Part shown: piece by piece, positions 1 to 8,756 of the stretch
How the letters are laid out: every line of letters begins with the position of its first letter
Numbering within the stretch: the stretch's first letter is position 1
Origin: Halomicrobium mukohataei DSM 12286
GTDB taxonomy: Archaea > Halobacteriota > Halobacteria > Halobacteriales > Haloarculaceae
NCBI RefSeq assembly: GCF_000023965.1
Contig: NC_013202.1
Location: 1,050,001 to 1,082,000, forward strand
Reading direction: 5' to 3'
DNA: 32,000 bases
Notes under the pieces: model-generated
Seen by the model: the letters and a program-made list of their open reading frames with translations, nothing else
Databases searched by the model: none
Told to the model about the DNA's origin: nothing
Made by a program: the position numbers and the translations under genes

Positions 1-556
1 CGGCCACGTGATGTACCTCTCGAAGGCGACGATGGAGCAGCGCTTCGGCCGCCGGGCCGCCACGAGAGAGTACGAGCGAGCCTTCCCGACGGACCCGGCG
101 GGCCGCTTTTTCCCCTACCGGGACGTGGAGTCCTATCTCGATCACAACGCCACGAAGTTCGTCGACCGCTTCGACGCCAACAGCTACCTCTACCTGACTC
201 GGGCGATGGACAACTACGACCTCTCGTCGGGCTTCGAGTCCGACGCGGACGCCGTCGCCGCTTTCGACGGCGAGGCGCTGCTGATGTCCTTTACCGGCGA
301 CTGGCACTTCACGACAGCACAGTCCGAGGAGCTGGCCGAGTCGTTCCGCGAGACCGACACCGCGACCGCACACCACGTGGTCGACTCCGACTACGGCCAC
401 GACGCCTTCCTCGTCGAGCCCGATCGCGTCGGCCCGCCCGTCGCGGACTTCCTCGCTGACGGCGTCGGTGGCAGCGCCGTCTCCGACACCACCGACGACG
501 ACGACGGCGACGACGGTCCCGACCACGCACCGGTCCACACGAGCCTCTTCTCGTGA
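1..556 (+). CDS. metX: homoserine O-acetyltransferase, C-terminal part (5' end lies outside the window)
   Basis: The ORF runs in from the left edge. It has an alpha/beta-hydrolase C-terminal region with [17 protein letters not shown] and [12 protein letters not shown], which is typical of MetX, followed by a D-rich acidic tail. Confidence 0.8.
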   Translation, partial: GHVMYLSKATMEQRFGRRAATREYERAFPTDPAGRFFPYRDVESYLDHNATKFVDRFDANSYLYLTRAMDNYDLSSGFESDADAVAAFDGEALLMSFTGDWHFTTAQSEELAESFRETDTATAHHVVDSDYGHDAFLVEPDRVGPPVADFLADGVGGSAVSDTTDDDDGDDGPDHAPVHTSLFS

Positions 557-583
557 TCGGGACGAGCTGTTGTCCCAGTGACC

Positions 584-589
584 TTTATT
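584..589 (+). promoter_or_regulatory. TATA-like box (TTTATT) for the downstream small zinc-ribbon gene
   Basis: An AT-rich hexamer is centred about 30 nt upstream of the ATG at 617. This spacing fits an archaeal promoter giving a near-leaderless transcript. Confidence 0.35.
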
Positions 590-616
590 GGCGTGTGGTG
601 TGAACTGTGTTACACA

Positions 617-919
617 ATGTCAGAGATGCCAGACGCGGCCAGCGACATGGGACTGGGCTTCGGAGAGACCGTCTACGACGAGGACGGCCAACGGCTCGGC
701 ACGATCCGCGGGTTCGACGAGCGGGGGTTCTACGTCACGCTCGACGGCGGCATGGCCGCCATGTCGATCGAACACGTCCGCGCCGGTGAGTCCGGCGAAG
801 CCGAACTGATGTGGCGCTGCTGGGACTGTGGCGCGATGGGCGAGATCGAGGACATCCCCGAGGAGTGTCCCGACTGCGGTGCGCCAAAGGAGGACATCTA
901 CTACTGGACGGAGGATTAG
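617..919 (+). CDS. small acidic protein with a C-terminal zinc ribbon (CWDCG...CPDCG)
   Basis: I chose the internal ATG at 617 (MSEMPD...) over the track start at 578. Two CxxC pairs are present, and composition is acidic with GC-rich third codon positions. Confidence 0.7.
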   Translation: MSEMPDAASDMGLGFGETVYDEDGQRLGTIRGFDERGFYVTLDGGMAAMSIEHVRAGESGEAELMWRCWDCGAMGEIEDIPEECPDCGAPKEDIYYWTED

Positions 920-1013
920 GGGGCGGCCCGAGGGAACGAGGACCGGTCCGCGGAACAGACGAACGGCGACCGCGGGGAGCCAGCGCCCTGCGGACGGCGA
1001 CCTGTCGCCCCCG

Positions 1014-1493
1014 CTACGAGACGCCTTCGAGTCGCTCCCGCAGCGACGACGGCAGCGACGACTCGACGGCCTCAATCGCCTCGTCGGGCATGGCGAACGT
1101 GAACCGTTCGTCGCGCCGCGTGACGATCGCGAGTCCGTCGGCGTCTCGAACCACCAGCGTGCGGATCTCCGGGGACACGTCTGCCAGCGCGTCGAAGGTG
1201 TCGCCGGTCAGTGGAACCGATCCGGTGGTCTCCTCGTGGCCGACCGCCACGTCCGAGTGGGCAGCCAGATCGGCCAGCGCGTGGCGGACGCGGTCGCGGT
1301 CGTCGCGTCGGCCGGACCCCACGCGGACGGTGGCCGCGGCCGGTGATCGGGGGCTCTCGTCGAGCACCGTCGCCAGCAGCTCGATCGACGCCAGTTCCGG
1401 TGCCGTCGCCGGGACGACGAGACGGTACCGCGGCGTCTCGGCCGGCCACTCGGCGTCGTCGAGGGGCTCGTCGGAAGCGGATCCGTCGGTCAT
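1014..1493 (-). CDS. hypothetical acidic protein
   Basis: I chose the ATG at 1493 (MTDGSASDEPLDD...). The upstream 58 codons of the track ORF are Arg/Cys-rich and look non-coding. No family recognised. Confidence 0.55.
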   Translation of the reverse strand: MTDGSASDEPLDDAEWPAETPRYRLVVPATAPELASIELLATVLDESPRSPAAATVRVGSGRRDDRDRVRHALADLAAHSDVAVGHEETTGSVPLTGDTFDALADVSPEIRTLVVRDADGLAIVTRRDERFTFAMPDEAIEAVESSLPSSLRERLEGVS

Positions 1494-1570
1494 ACCCGTC
1501 GTTGGCGACGGCGCGGCAAGTGGGTGGTGATCCCCGTCGCGTTTTTCAGCACCCGCGACGGAGTGGGCGC

Positions 1571-2479
1571 ATGGAGATCGTCGTCTTCGGAGCGGGCAGT
1601 CTCGGCAGTCTGATCGGGGGGCTGCTGGCACGCAGCCACGACGTGACTCTGGTCGGGCGCGAGCCACACGTCGGGACGGTCGAGCGGTCGGGGCTGGCGA
1701 TCGAGGGCGCGATCGACGCGCACGTGAGGCCGGCCGCGGGGACTACATCGCCCGCCGCGGCAGACCTCGCCGTCGTGACGGTCACGGCCGGCGACACCGA
1801 CGCCGCCGCCGCGGCGCTCTCTGACACGGCACTCGACGCCTGCCTCTCGCTGCAAAACGGCATGGGCAACGAGGCGACGCTCGCCGAGCGACTGGGCTGT
1901 CCCGTCCTCGCGGGCACCTGCACCTACGGCGCACGCCTGACCGAGCCCGGCGTGGTCGCGTGTACCGGCGTCGGCGAGGTCGTGCTGGGTCCCCGCGAGG
2001 GCGGCCGCTCCGAGCCGGCCGACCGCGCTGGGGCGGCGTTTACCGACGCCGGTGTCGAGACCACCGTCGCCGACGACATGCCGCGACGGCTCTGGGAGAA
2101 GCTGGCGGTCAACGCCGGAATCAACGCCACGACGGCGCTGGCCCGCGTCCCCAACGGCGCGCTCGTCGACGGTCCGGCACGGCGGGTCGCCGAGCGCGCT
2201 GCACGGGAAACGGCGGCCGTGGCCCGCGAACACGGCGTCGATCTGCCGGACGAGCGGGCCGCCCAGATAGCGATGCAGGTGGCTACGGACACCGCCGCGA
2301 ACCGCTCCTCGATGTTGCAGGACGTGGCCGACGGACGACAGACCGAGATCGACGCGATCAGCGGCTACGTCGTAGAGCGGTCTGGGGGTGTGGCGGTCCC
2401 CGTCAACGAGACGCTGACCGCGCTCGTGCGGGCGTGGGAAGACGAGAACAGTACGGGACGACGCTATAGTAGCCATTGA
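1571..2479 (+). CDS. panE: 2-dehydropantoate 2-reductase (ketopantoate reductase family)
   Basis: The N-terminal Rossmann motif MEIVVFGAGSLGSLIGGLLA and the overall length (302 aa) match ApbA/PanE. I chose the ATG at 1571 because the track's 120-codon upstream extension is Arg-rich. The last four codons and the stop lie inside a palindromic element. Confidence 0.8.
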   Translation: MEIVVFGAGSLGSLIGGLLARSHDVTLVGREPHVGTVERSGLAIEGAIDAHVRPAAGTTSPAAADLAVVTVTAGDTDAAAAALSDTALDACLSLQNGMGNEATLAERLGCPVLAGTCTYGARLTEPGVVACTGVGEVVLGPREGGRSEPADRAGAAFTDAGVETTVADDMPRRLWEKLAVNAGINATTALARVPNGALVDGPARRVAERAARETAAVAREHGVDLPDERAAQIAMQVATDTAANRSSMLQDVADGRQTEIDAISGYVVERSGGVAVPVNETLTALVRAWEDENSTGRRYSSH

Positions 2480-2548
2480 AAATCAATGCACACCCGATCG
2501 CACGACGGCAGTGCGATCGGTGTGTCAATCGTTTCAATTGTTACTATA
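2465..2548. repeat. palindromic MITE-like element, family 1, copy 1 (84 bp)
   Basis: It is 83/84 identical to 17620-17703. The terminal inverted repeats TATAGTAGCCATTGAAA / TTTCAATTGTTACTATA are 15/17 complementary. The central hairpin is CCGATCGCAC-GACGGCA-GTGCGATCGG. Confidence 0.9.
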
Positions 2549-3577
2549 GCTCCGACGGAGCACGAACACCGCGGCCGCGCCGCCCACGAGGAGCGCGAAG
2601 ACGTAGCTCGCGACCCGGTAGAGAATCGAGATGGCGGTTGCTCCGTCGCTGGCGATCGGCGTGAGCGCGACGATCAGAATCACCAGGAACGCCTCGACCG
2701 CGCCCGAGCCTCCCGGCGAGGGCGCGAGTCCGCCCAGCGTGCTCGCGGGGACGATGAAGAAGACGAGCAAGAGCGGGATCGCCGCGTCGCCGACGGCCAT
2801 CGCGACGAAGTACAGCGGGAGCGCGAAGAAGATCCAGCCGACGTACGAGTAGCCAAGTGCCCGCACGAGCGCTCTCCGGTCCGTCGCGATCCGATTGAAG
2901 GCCTCGTCCAGTTCCGCAAGGCGGCTCCGGAGCCCGTCGACGGTCAGGCGCGGCAGGAGCCGGACGATCGGGACCACGACGCTGGCACCGACTCGTCGCA
3001 GGGACAGCCGGTAGCGCCAGCCGACCGCCGCGAGCACCGGGACTCCCAGCGCGACGGCGAACAGCGCCACAGCGAGTGGCTCCAGCACTGCCGGCAGCGA
3101 CGACTGGTAGAGCAGGGCCGCAAAGCCCACCCCGGAGAAGGTGACGAACGGAAAGAGGTTCAGCAGGTCCGCCGTGACGACCGAGGCCAGCGCGTCCTCG
3201 TAGCTGGCGTCCGTGTCTCGCGAGAGGACGTAGGCGATGAAGGGCTCGCCCCCGGCCTGGCCCAGGGGCGTCACGTAGTTGGCGAACGTCGCGGCGTAGT
3301 AGGTCACGACCAGTCGGCGAAACGACTCGCGGACGCCGGCCACGTCCAGGACGATCTGCCAGGCTTTCCCCCAGAACGTGAGACAGAGCAGCGTCGAGAG
3401 ACAGCCCATCGCCAGCCAGCGCAGGTCCGCCGTCGCCAGCCGATCGAGGACGTTGCGCGTCCCGACGAACTCGACCAGCACGGAGAGAACGAGGCCGGCG
3501 ACGGCGAACCCCAGGACGATCTGGACGACTGTCCGACGGTCGAACAGGTCACCGATCCCGCCTGCGTCGTCGCTCAC
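2534..3577 (-). CDS. flippase-like / lysylphosphatidylglycerol-synthase-TM (UPF0104) family membrane protein
   Basis: A multi-TM protein with the family-typical NYVTPLGQAGGEPFIAYVL segment. It starts with GTG at 3577, 2 nt after the stop of the upstream sulfatase-fold gene. Its stop codon lies inside the family 1 element. Confidence 0.75.
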   Translation of the reverse strand: MSDDAGGIGDLFDRRTVVQIVLGFAVAGLVLSVLVEFVGTRNVLDRLATADLRWLAMGCLSTLLCLTFWGKAWQIVLDVAGVRESFRRLVVTYYAATFANYVTPLGQAGGEPFIAYVLSRDTDASYEDALASVVTADLLNLFPFVTFSGVGFAALLYQSSLPAVLEPLAVALFAVALGVPVLAAVGWRYRLSLRRVGASVVVPIVRLLPRLTVDGLRSRLAELDEAFNRIATDRRALVRALGYSYVGWIFFALPLYFVAMAVGDAAIPLLLVFFIVPASTLGGLAPSPGGSGAVEAFLVILIVALTPIASDGATAISILYRVASYVFALLVGGAAAVFVLRRSYSNN

Positions 3578-3579
3578 GA

Positions 3580-5100
3580 TCAGTCGATGTAGCCCAGGTC
3601 TTTCAGGCGATCCTTCGCGTCGTCGTCCATCGAGTCCAGCACCTCGCCGTCGGTGCCGTCGGCCTCGTCGGGCCAGTCGGCGTCGACGCGGTCGACGAAG
3701 TCGGAGAGCTCCGCTTCGAGGTCGACCAGCAGTTCGTCGTCACTGCCCGCACGGTCCTCGGTCTCGCCGGGGTCGCTGTCGATCCGGTACGCCTCGTCCG
3801 GGATGCGCGTACAGTGGATGTACTTGCCCTCGGGCGAACGGGCCGCGCCCATCCGAGAGTAGAACCGCGAGTCCGTCTCCAGGGCGATGCCGGCCGCGCT
3901 GGCTTTCCCCTCCAGCTGGCGGAGCTCGACGACCGGCTGGTGGTACTCGACGAAGCCCACGTCACCGCGGGGGCCGTGTGCGCCCGCACCGTTCGAGGCC
4001 GTCCCGGCGAACTCGCGATACTCCGTCGAGAGCAGGGAGCGAGCGGGATCGAGCGAGACGCCGTCGCCCGCGACGCCGGTCGCGTCCAGCACGGAGTGAT
4101 ACAGGTCGACGAGTTCGACGACCGTCTCGTCGTCGCGTTCGGGCTCGATCTCGGGGTGCTTGACCATGCAGGGGACGTTCACCAGCGGATCGTAGATGCA
4201 GAACTCGTGGCCGTAGAGGCCGTGTTCGCCGTGCAGTTCGCCGTGGTCGGCCGCTACGACGACCATCGTCTCGTCCCACTGGCCGGTCTCCTTGAGGTGG
4301 GTAAAGAGCCGGTCGAGCTGGTCGTCGATGTGGCGGATCTCGGCGTCGTACAGCCCCTCGATGTCGTCCCACTCCGCGTCGTCGATGTCGCGAGCGCCGC
4401 AGTTGAACTCCTTGGAGTTCTGGCACACCTCGGCCGAGTCGACGCCGGGCGCGAACTGCTCGACGTACTCCTCGGGCGGGTGGTAGGGGAGGTGGGCGTC
4501 CATCAGGTTGATGAACGTGAAGAAGTTCTCCGAGTCGTCGATGAAGTCCATCGTCTTGTCGATCACGGCGGGGGTCTTCGTGTCGCCCCCGCCCTCGGAG
4601 GCGAAGTACTCGTGGAACTTGTTGCCCAGCTGGACCATCCGATCGGCGACGCCCCGCAGGGTGTCGCTGTCGTTCATCGTCTGCCAGATCCGGGCCAGCG
4701 GCCCCGAGAGGAGTTCGCTGGGCATGATCTGGAAGAAGTTGTCGTGGTCGTCGAACCCCGCGGTGAGGTTCGTGTAGGGCGTGATCCAGGCGTTCGAGGA
4801 GTAACAGGCCGTGTCGTAGCCGGCCGCCGACAGCGACTCGGCCAGCGTGGTCGCCCCGTCGAGATAGGGGTCCTCCTGTGTGGCCTCGTGTTCGGAGGGG
4901 TACAGCCCCGTAAACAGGGAGGCGTGGACCGGCAGGGTCCAGGGGGCCGGCGCAACGGCGTGTTCGAAGACCGCCGCTTCCTCGGCGAACGCCTCCAGGG
5001 TCGGAGTCGTCGGCTCGTCGTACCCGTACGCCGAGAGGTGGTCCTTGCGGACCGTATCGAGCACGACGAAGAGCACGTTCGTCCCGTCCGCACCAGTCAT
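3580..5100 (-). CDS. sulfatase-fold (alkaline phosphatase superfamily) protein with Thr at the nucleophile position
   Basis: Motifs are VLDTVRKDH, PWTLPVHASLFTG (aligning to the sulfatase C/S-x-P-x-R signature) and ADHGELHGEHGLYGH. I chose the ATG at 5100 (MTGADGTNV) because a TTTAAA box lies about 27 nt upstream. Confidence 0.8.
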   Translation of the reverse strand: MTGADGTNVLFVVLDTVRKDHLSAYGYDEPTTPTLEAFAEEAAVFEHAVAPAPWTLPVHASLFTGLYPSEHEATQEDPYLDGATTLAESLSAAGYDTACYSSNAWITPYTNLTAGFDDHDNFFQIMPSELLSGPLARIWQTMNDSDTLRGVADRMVQLGNKFHEYFASEGGGDTKTPAVIDKTMDFIDDSENFFTFINLMDAHLPYHPPEEYVEQFAPGVDSAEVCQNSKEFNCGARDIDDAEWDDIEGLYDAEIRHIDDQLDRLFTHLKETGQWDETMVVVAADHGELHGEHGLYGHEFCIYDPLVNVPCMVKHPEIEPERDDETVVELVDLYHSVLDATGVAGDGVSLDPARSLLSTEYREFAGTASNGAGAHGPRGDVGFVEYHQPVVELRQLEGKASAAGIALETDSRFYSRMGAARSPEGKYIHCTRIPDEAYRIDSDPGETEDRAGSDDELLVDLEAELSDFVDRVDADWPDEADGTDGEVLDSMDDDAKDRLKDLGYID

Positions 5101-5124
5101 ACTGAGTACGGCATCGTCCACGAG

Positions 5125-5130
5125 TTTAAA
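5125..5130 (-). promoter_or_regulatory. TATA-like box (TTTAAA) upstream of the sulfatase-fold gene
   Basis: This is the only AT-rich hexamer in the region. It is centred about 27 nt upstream of the ATG at 5100. Confidence 0.35.
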
Positions 5131-5298
5131 GACCGCGTTTCGCGGCTCTGGGTGGCCTCCGAGCGAGCCGGCCGCCCGACCCGCTGCTCATACTGCCGGC
5201 TGTAACTTCGTGAAGGTCTTCGCTACCCCGGGGTGGTGAAATCGCTCACAGATTTACAGCCGGTAGTCTCAGTTGCTGTAACGTCACAGCCCGCAGCG

Positions 5299-6051
5299 TC
5301 ACTCGCGGTGACTCGGCGCGGCCGCCTCGACCGCCGTCGTCGCCAGTGTCTCGAAGTCGGCGGTGTCGGGAACGACGTCGACGTCGATGCCCGCGTCCGT
5401 GGCCGTCTGTCGGGTCGGCTCGCCGATCGCGCCGACGACGGCGTCGTTCAGCCCCTCGACAGCGTCCGCTCGAATTCCTCGCTCGTCGGCCGCAGCGAGG
5501 AAGTGTCGAACGGTCAGCGAGGAGGTGAACAGTGCGGCGTCGAGGTCGCCGGCCGCCGCACGCTCCGTCGACGCTCCGGCCCCCTCTGGCCGGACGAGTC
5601 GGTAGAGGATCGTCTCGTGGACGTACGCGCCGGCCGCTTCCAGTCCGTCGGTCAGGACCGCCGAGCCGTGATCCGAGCGCGCCACCTCGACGCGCGCGCC
5701 GTCGACGCTCTCTTCGAGCGCGGCGACCAGTCCGGTCGAGGAGTACTCCTCGGGCACCAGATCGACCGCGTAGCCGGCGTCTTCGAGCACGTCTGCGGTC
5801 GGCCGGCCGATCGCACAGACTGTCGCGTCGCCGGGGTCCCACCCGGCCTCTGTGGCCAGTTCGACGCCGGTCTTGCTCGTGAGGACGACGTAGTCCGCGT
5901 CGGATCGGGGCGTCGCCCCGGTCGCCTCGACGGCGAGCATCGGGTCCGGGACCGGGTCGGCACCGAGCGACTCCAGCAACTCGACGGCCTGGGTGGTCCG
6001 CTCGTCGTCGGGGCGGAACACGGCGACGCTGAGCCGCGGTTCCTCACGCAT
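5299..6051 (-). CDS. hemD: uroporphyrinogen-III synthase
   Basis: HemD-like two-lobed sequence (VAVFRPDDE..., VLTSKTGVE..., ALFTSSLTVRHF). The ATG at 6051 overlaps the cobA stop (ATGCGTGA). Confidence 0.8.
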   Translation of the reverse strand: MREEPRLSVAVFRPDDERTTQAVELLESLGADPVPDPMLAVEATGATPRSDADYVVLTSKTGVELATEAGWDPGDATVCAIGRPTADVLEDAGYAVDLVPEEYSSTGLVAALEESVDGARVEVARSDHGSAVLTDGLEAAGAYVHETILYRLVRPEGAGASTERAAAGDLDAALFTSSLTVRHFLAAADERGIRADAVEGLNDAVVGAIGEPTRQTATDAGIDVDVVPDTADFETLATTAVEAAAPSHRE

Positions 6052-6871
6052 CGCCGTCACCGCCGTCGTCGACCGCCTCGTTCTCCGGCTCCCGATCGGC
6101 TCCGACGAGGAACTCCAGGACGTCCGCGCGCGTCGCCGCTACGTCGCCGATGACGGTGATCGCTGGCGGCTCGATGCCGGCCGCGTCGCGGGCGGAGACG
6201 ATACTGTCGAGGGTCCCCGTCGCGACCTGCTGGCCCGGCCACGTCGCGCGCTCGATCAGCGCGACCGGTGTCTCGGGGTCCATGCCGGCCTCGCGGAGCG
6301 CGGCCGTGTAGTCGGGCAGCTTGCCGACGCCCATCAGCACGACGATGGTGCCGCCGGTCGCGGCGAGTGCCGCCCAGTCGACGGCCGACTCCGCTTTCGT
6401 GGGGTCTTCGTGGCCGGTGACGAACGACACCGACGACGCGTGGTCGCGGTGGGTGACCGGGATGCCGGCGGCCGCCGGACCGGCGACGGCCGACGTGATT
6501 CCGGGGACGATCTCGACCGGAACGCCGTGCCGTGCGAGGTGGACGAGCTCCTCGCCGCCGCGGCCAAACACCGTGGGATCCCCGCCCTTGAGCCGCACCA
6601 CGTCCTTGCCCTCGCGGGCCAGCTCCACGAGGCGACGGTTCGTGTACTCCTGGGGCGTCCACTCGCCGCCCGCGCGCTTGCCCACGTCCTCGCGTTTCGC
6701 CTCGGGGATCATGCCGATGATCTCCGGACCGGGGAGCTTGTCGTGTAACACCACGTCGGCCGTTTCGAGCAGTCGCTTGGCCTTCACCGTCAGCAGTTCC
6801 GGATCGCCGGGGCCGGAGCCGACGAGGTGGACCGTCCCGGTCGCTTCGCCCTCGCCCGTGTCGTCGCTCAT
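6044..6871 (-). CDS. cobA: uroporphyrinogen-III C-methyltransferase (SUMT)
   Basis: VHLVGSGPGDPELLTVKA, VVRLKGGDPTVFGRGGEE and VPGITSA are the tetrapyrrole methylase signatures. Its start overlaps the hemC stop (ATGA). Confidence 0.85.
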   Translation of the reverse strand: MSDDTGEGEATGTVHLVGSGPGDPELLTVKAKRLLETADVVLHDKLPGPEIIGMIPEAKREDVGKRAGGEWTPQEYTNRRLVELAREGKDVVRLKGGDPTVFGRGGEELVHLARHGVPVEIVPGITSAVAGPAAAGIPVTHRDHASSVSFVTGHEDPTKAESAVDWAALAATGGTIVVLMGVGKLPDYTAALREAGMDPETPVALIERATWPGQQVATGTLDSIVSARDAAGIEPPAITVIGDVAATRADVLEFLVGADREPENEAVDDGGDGDA

Positions 6872-8001
6872 TCGTCGCCGGCTCCCTGGGCCGTCGCCGC
6901 GTCGCCGCCCTCGCCCGCTCGCTTGGCTTGCTCGATGAGGTCTGCTCCACCCTGTTCCGCCAGATCGGCGGCGAACGCTCGCGCGTCGTCGACGTGGCGA
7001 TCCGCCGAGAGGTCACGCGTGGCGGCGACCTCCCGCTCGCCCGCCTGGTCGAGGACGCGCACGGTCGTCCGGATCACGCTGCCCTGCAAGATCGCGTGGA
7101 CGCCCAGCGGTGCGACACACCCCCCGCCCAGCTCGTCGAGGACGGTCCGCTCGACGGTCGTCTCCGCCCGCGAGCGCGGGTGGTCGAGGGCGTCGTTGAG
7201 TTCCCGTGCGAACTCGTCGTCGGTCGCGGTGACCGCCAGCGCCCCCTGGCCGGGCGCGGGGACGAACGTCCCGGTCGGGAGCGACTGGTACTCGACGTGG
7301 TGGAGCAGTCCGGCCCGTTCCAGGCCCGCGCGAGCGAGGACGACGGCGTCGTACGCCGTCTCGACCTCGCGGCCCAGCGCCTGCCGTTCGATCTCGGTGA
7401 GCCCGTCGAACCACGTCTCTACGTCCTGCTCGTACGGGAATTCGTACTCCTCGTCGTCGACCTTCTCTTTTTGCTCTTTCTCGGCCTCGCTGCGCTCCTC
7501 GTGTTCGGACTGGAGGGTCGGCGCGAGCAGCTTCTCGATGCGCGTGTCGACGTTGCCACGGAGCGGTTGCACGTCGAGATCCGGTCGCTCGGCCAGCAGC
7601 TGGGCCTTTCGACGGAGGCTCGACGTGCCGACGGTCGCGCCGTCGGGCAGCTCATCGACGGTGGCTCCGTCCGGCGTCACCAGCACGTCGTCGGGTGATT
7701 CCCGCTGGGGCACGCCAGCGACGACCAGCTCCTCGGGCTGTTCGGTCGGCACGTCTTTCATCGAGTGGACGGCGGCGTCGACCTCGCCGTCGACGACCTG
7801 TTCGTCGAGGCTGCGGACGAACGCGCCGGTCTTGCCCAGCCGGTGGATCAGTTCGTCCCGGATCTGATCGCCTGTCGTCTCTACCTCGACGATCTCGACC
7901 GTGTACCCCCGCGCTTCGAGCGTCTCGGTGACGGTCGCGGCCTGACGCAGGGCCAGGTCCGAGCCCCGCGTCGCCAGTCGCACCGTCGTCGCTGTAGTCA
8001 T
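6868..8001 (-). CDS. hemC: hydroxymethylbilane synthase (porphobilinogen deaminase) with an acidic insertion
   Basis: RLATRGSDLALRQA, HSMKDVPT, GTSSLRRKAQL and LRGNVDTRIEKL are present. An acidic insert of about 55 aa precedes YDAVVLARAGL. Confidence 0.9.
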   Translation of the reverse strand: MTTATTVRLATRGSDLALRQAATVTETLEARGYTVEIVEVETTGDQIRDELIHRLGKTGAFVRSLDEQVVDGEVDAAVHSMKDVPTEQPEELVVAGVPQRESPDDVLVTPDGATVDELPDGATVGTSSLRRKAQLLAERPDLDVQPLRGNVDTRIEKLLAPTLQSEHEERSEAEKEQKEKVDDEEYEFPYEQDVETWFDGLTEIERQALGREVETAYDAVVLARAGLERAGLLHHVEYQSLPTGTFVPAPGQGALAVTATDDEFARELNDALDHPRSRAETTVERTVLDELGGGCVAPLGVHAILQGSVIRTTVRVLDQAGEREVAATRDLSADRHVDDARAFAADLAEQGGADLIEQAKRAGEGGDAATAQGAGDE

Positions 8002-8086
8002 ACACGGTGGTCGTCGGCCAGCGTAGAAAAGCCCACCACTTTCGTCGCTCTCGGCGAACGCGCCCCACGCGATCCCGGCCCGCCGA

Positions 8087-8632
8087 TCACCACGGCTCGT
8101 CTTTCAGCCCCAGCGCGTACGCGATGCCGTTGGTGACGACGTGCAAGAGCGGCGTGATCACGACGACTGCGACCAGTACTGACGGCCGAAACGTCGCCAG
8201 CGCCCACTCGGGTGCGAACAGCGTCGCCAGTGCGAGCGCCCCGACGACGAAGTCGAGCTGGTCGAGCCCCGGGAACGCCGCCCCGCGTTCGCGACCGGTG
8301 CGACGCTTGAGGAACGAAGCGCCGATGTCGCCGACCATCGCACCGAGTGCCAGCCCCAGGCCGGCCACCACCGGGAACGGGTCGGCGACGACCCCCAGCG
8401 TCGCGGCGACCGGCTCGTAGACGGCGTTGAGCGCCAGCGCCAGCGCCGTCCCCGCGAGCGTTCCGGCAGCGGTCCCGCGCCAGGTCTTCCCGTCGCCGAG
8501 GAGTCGCCGGCCCCCCCAGCTCCGTCCCCCGTCGATCGGCCGTCCCCCTCCGGCGAGGACGGCCGCGTTGTTGGGGACGTACGCCGGTAGCATCGCCCAC
8601 AGCGCCGTCGCCACGATCGCGAGTACGTCCAT
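8087..8632 (-). CDS. carS: CDP-archaeol synthase (DUF46 family)
   Basis: [12 protein letters not shown]...PIDGG...[10 protein letters not shown] is the conserved CarS core, in a multi-TM protein. I chose the ATG at 8632 (MDVLAIV). Confidence 0.75.
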   Translation of the reverse strand: MDVLAIVATALWAMLPAYVPNNAAVLAGGGRPIDGGRSWGGRRLLGDGKTWRGTAAGTLAGTALALALNAVYEPVAATLGVVADPFPVVAGLGLALGAMVGDIGASFLKRRTGRERGAAFPGLDQLDFVVGALALATLFAPEWALATFRPSVLVAVVVITPLLHVVTNGIAYALGLKDEPW

Positions 8633-8756
8633 GTCGCGGTGCTGTCCCGCGGGCGGCTTAACGTCGGCGACTCCCCGCGGCACCTGACCGGCCACGCCGC
8701 GGAACAGATCTCCTCGGTGACAAACCTCATAGGTAGGCGGGTCTTACCGGCAGACG

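Noticed and set aside
556-583. Short TGA...TGA-bounded hairpin after metX (TGATCGGGAC-GAGCTGTT-GTCCCAGTGA) as a possible third palindromic-element family
   Set aside because: It has only a 5-bp stem and no similarity to the arms or cores of the two repeat families, so it is within chance expectation.
5233-6153. 306-aa plus-strand ORF and several 60-250-aa Arg-rich ORFs across the hem operon
   Set aside because: They are antisense or out-of-frame images of hemD, cobA and hemC, with Arg/Pro/Gly-dominated composition. The hem genes on the minus strand have clear signatures.
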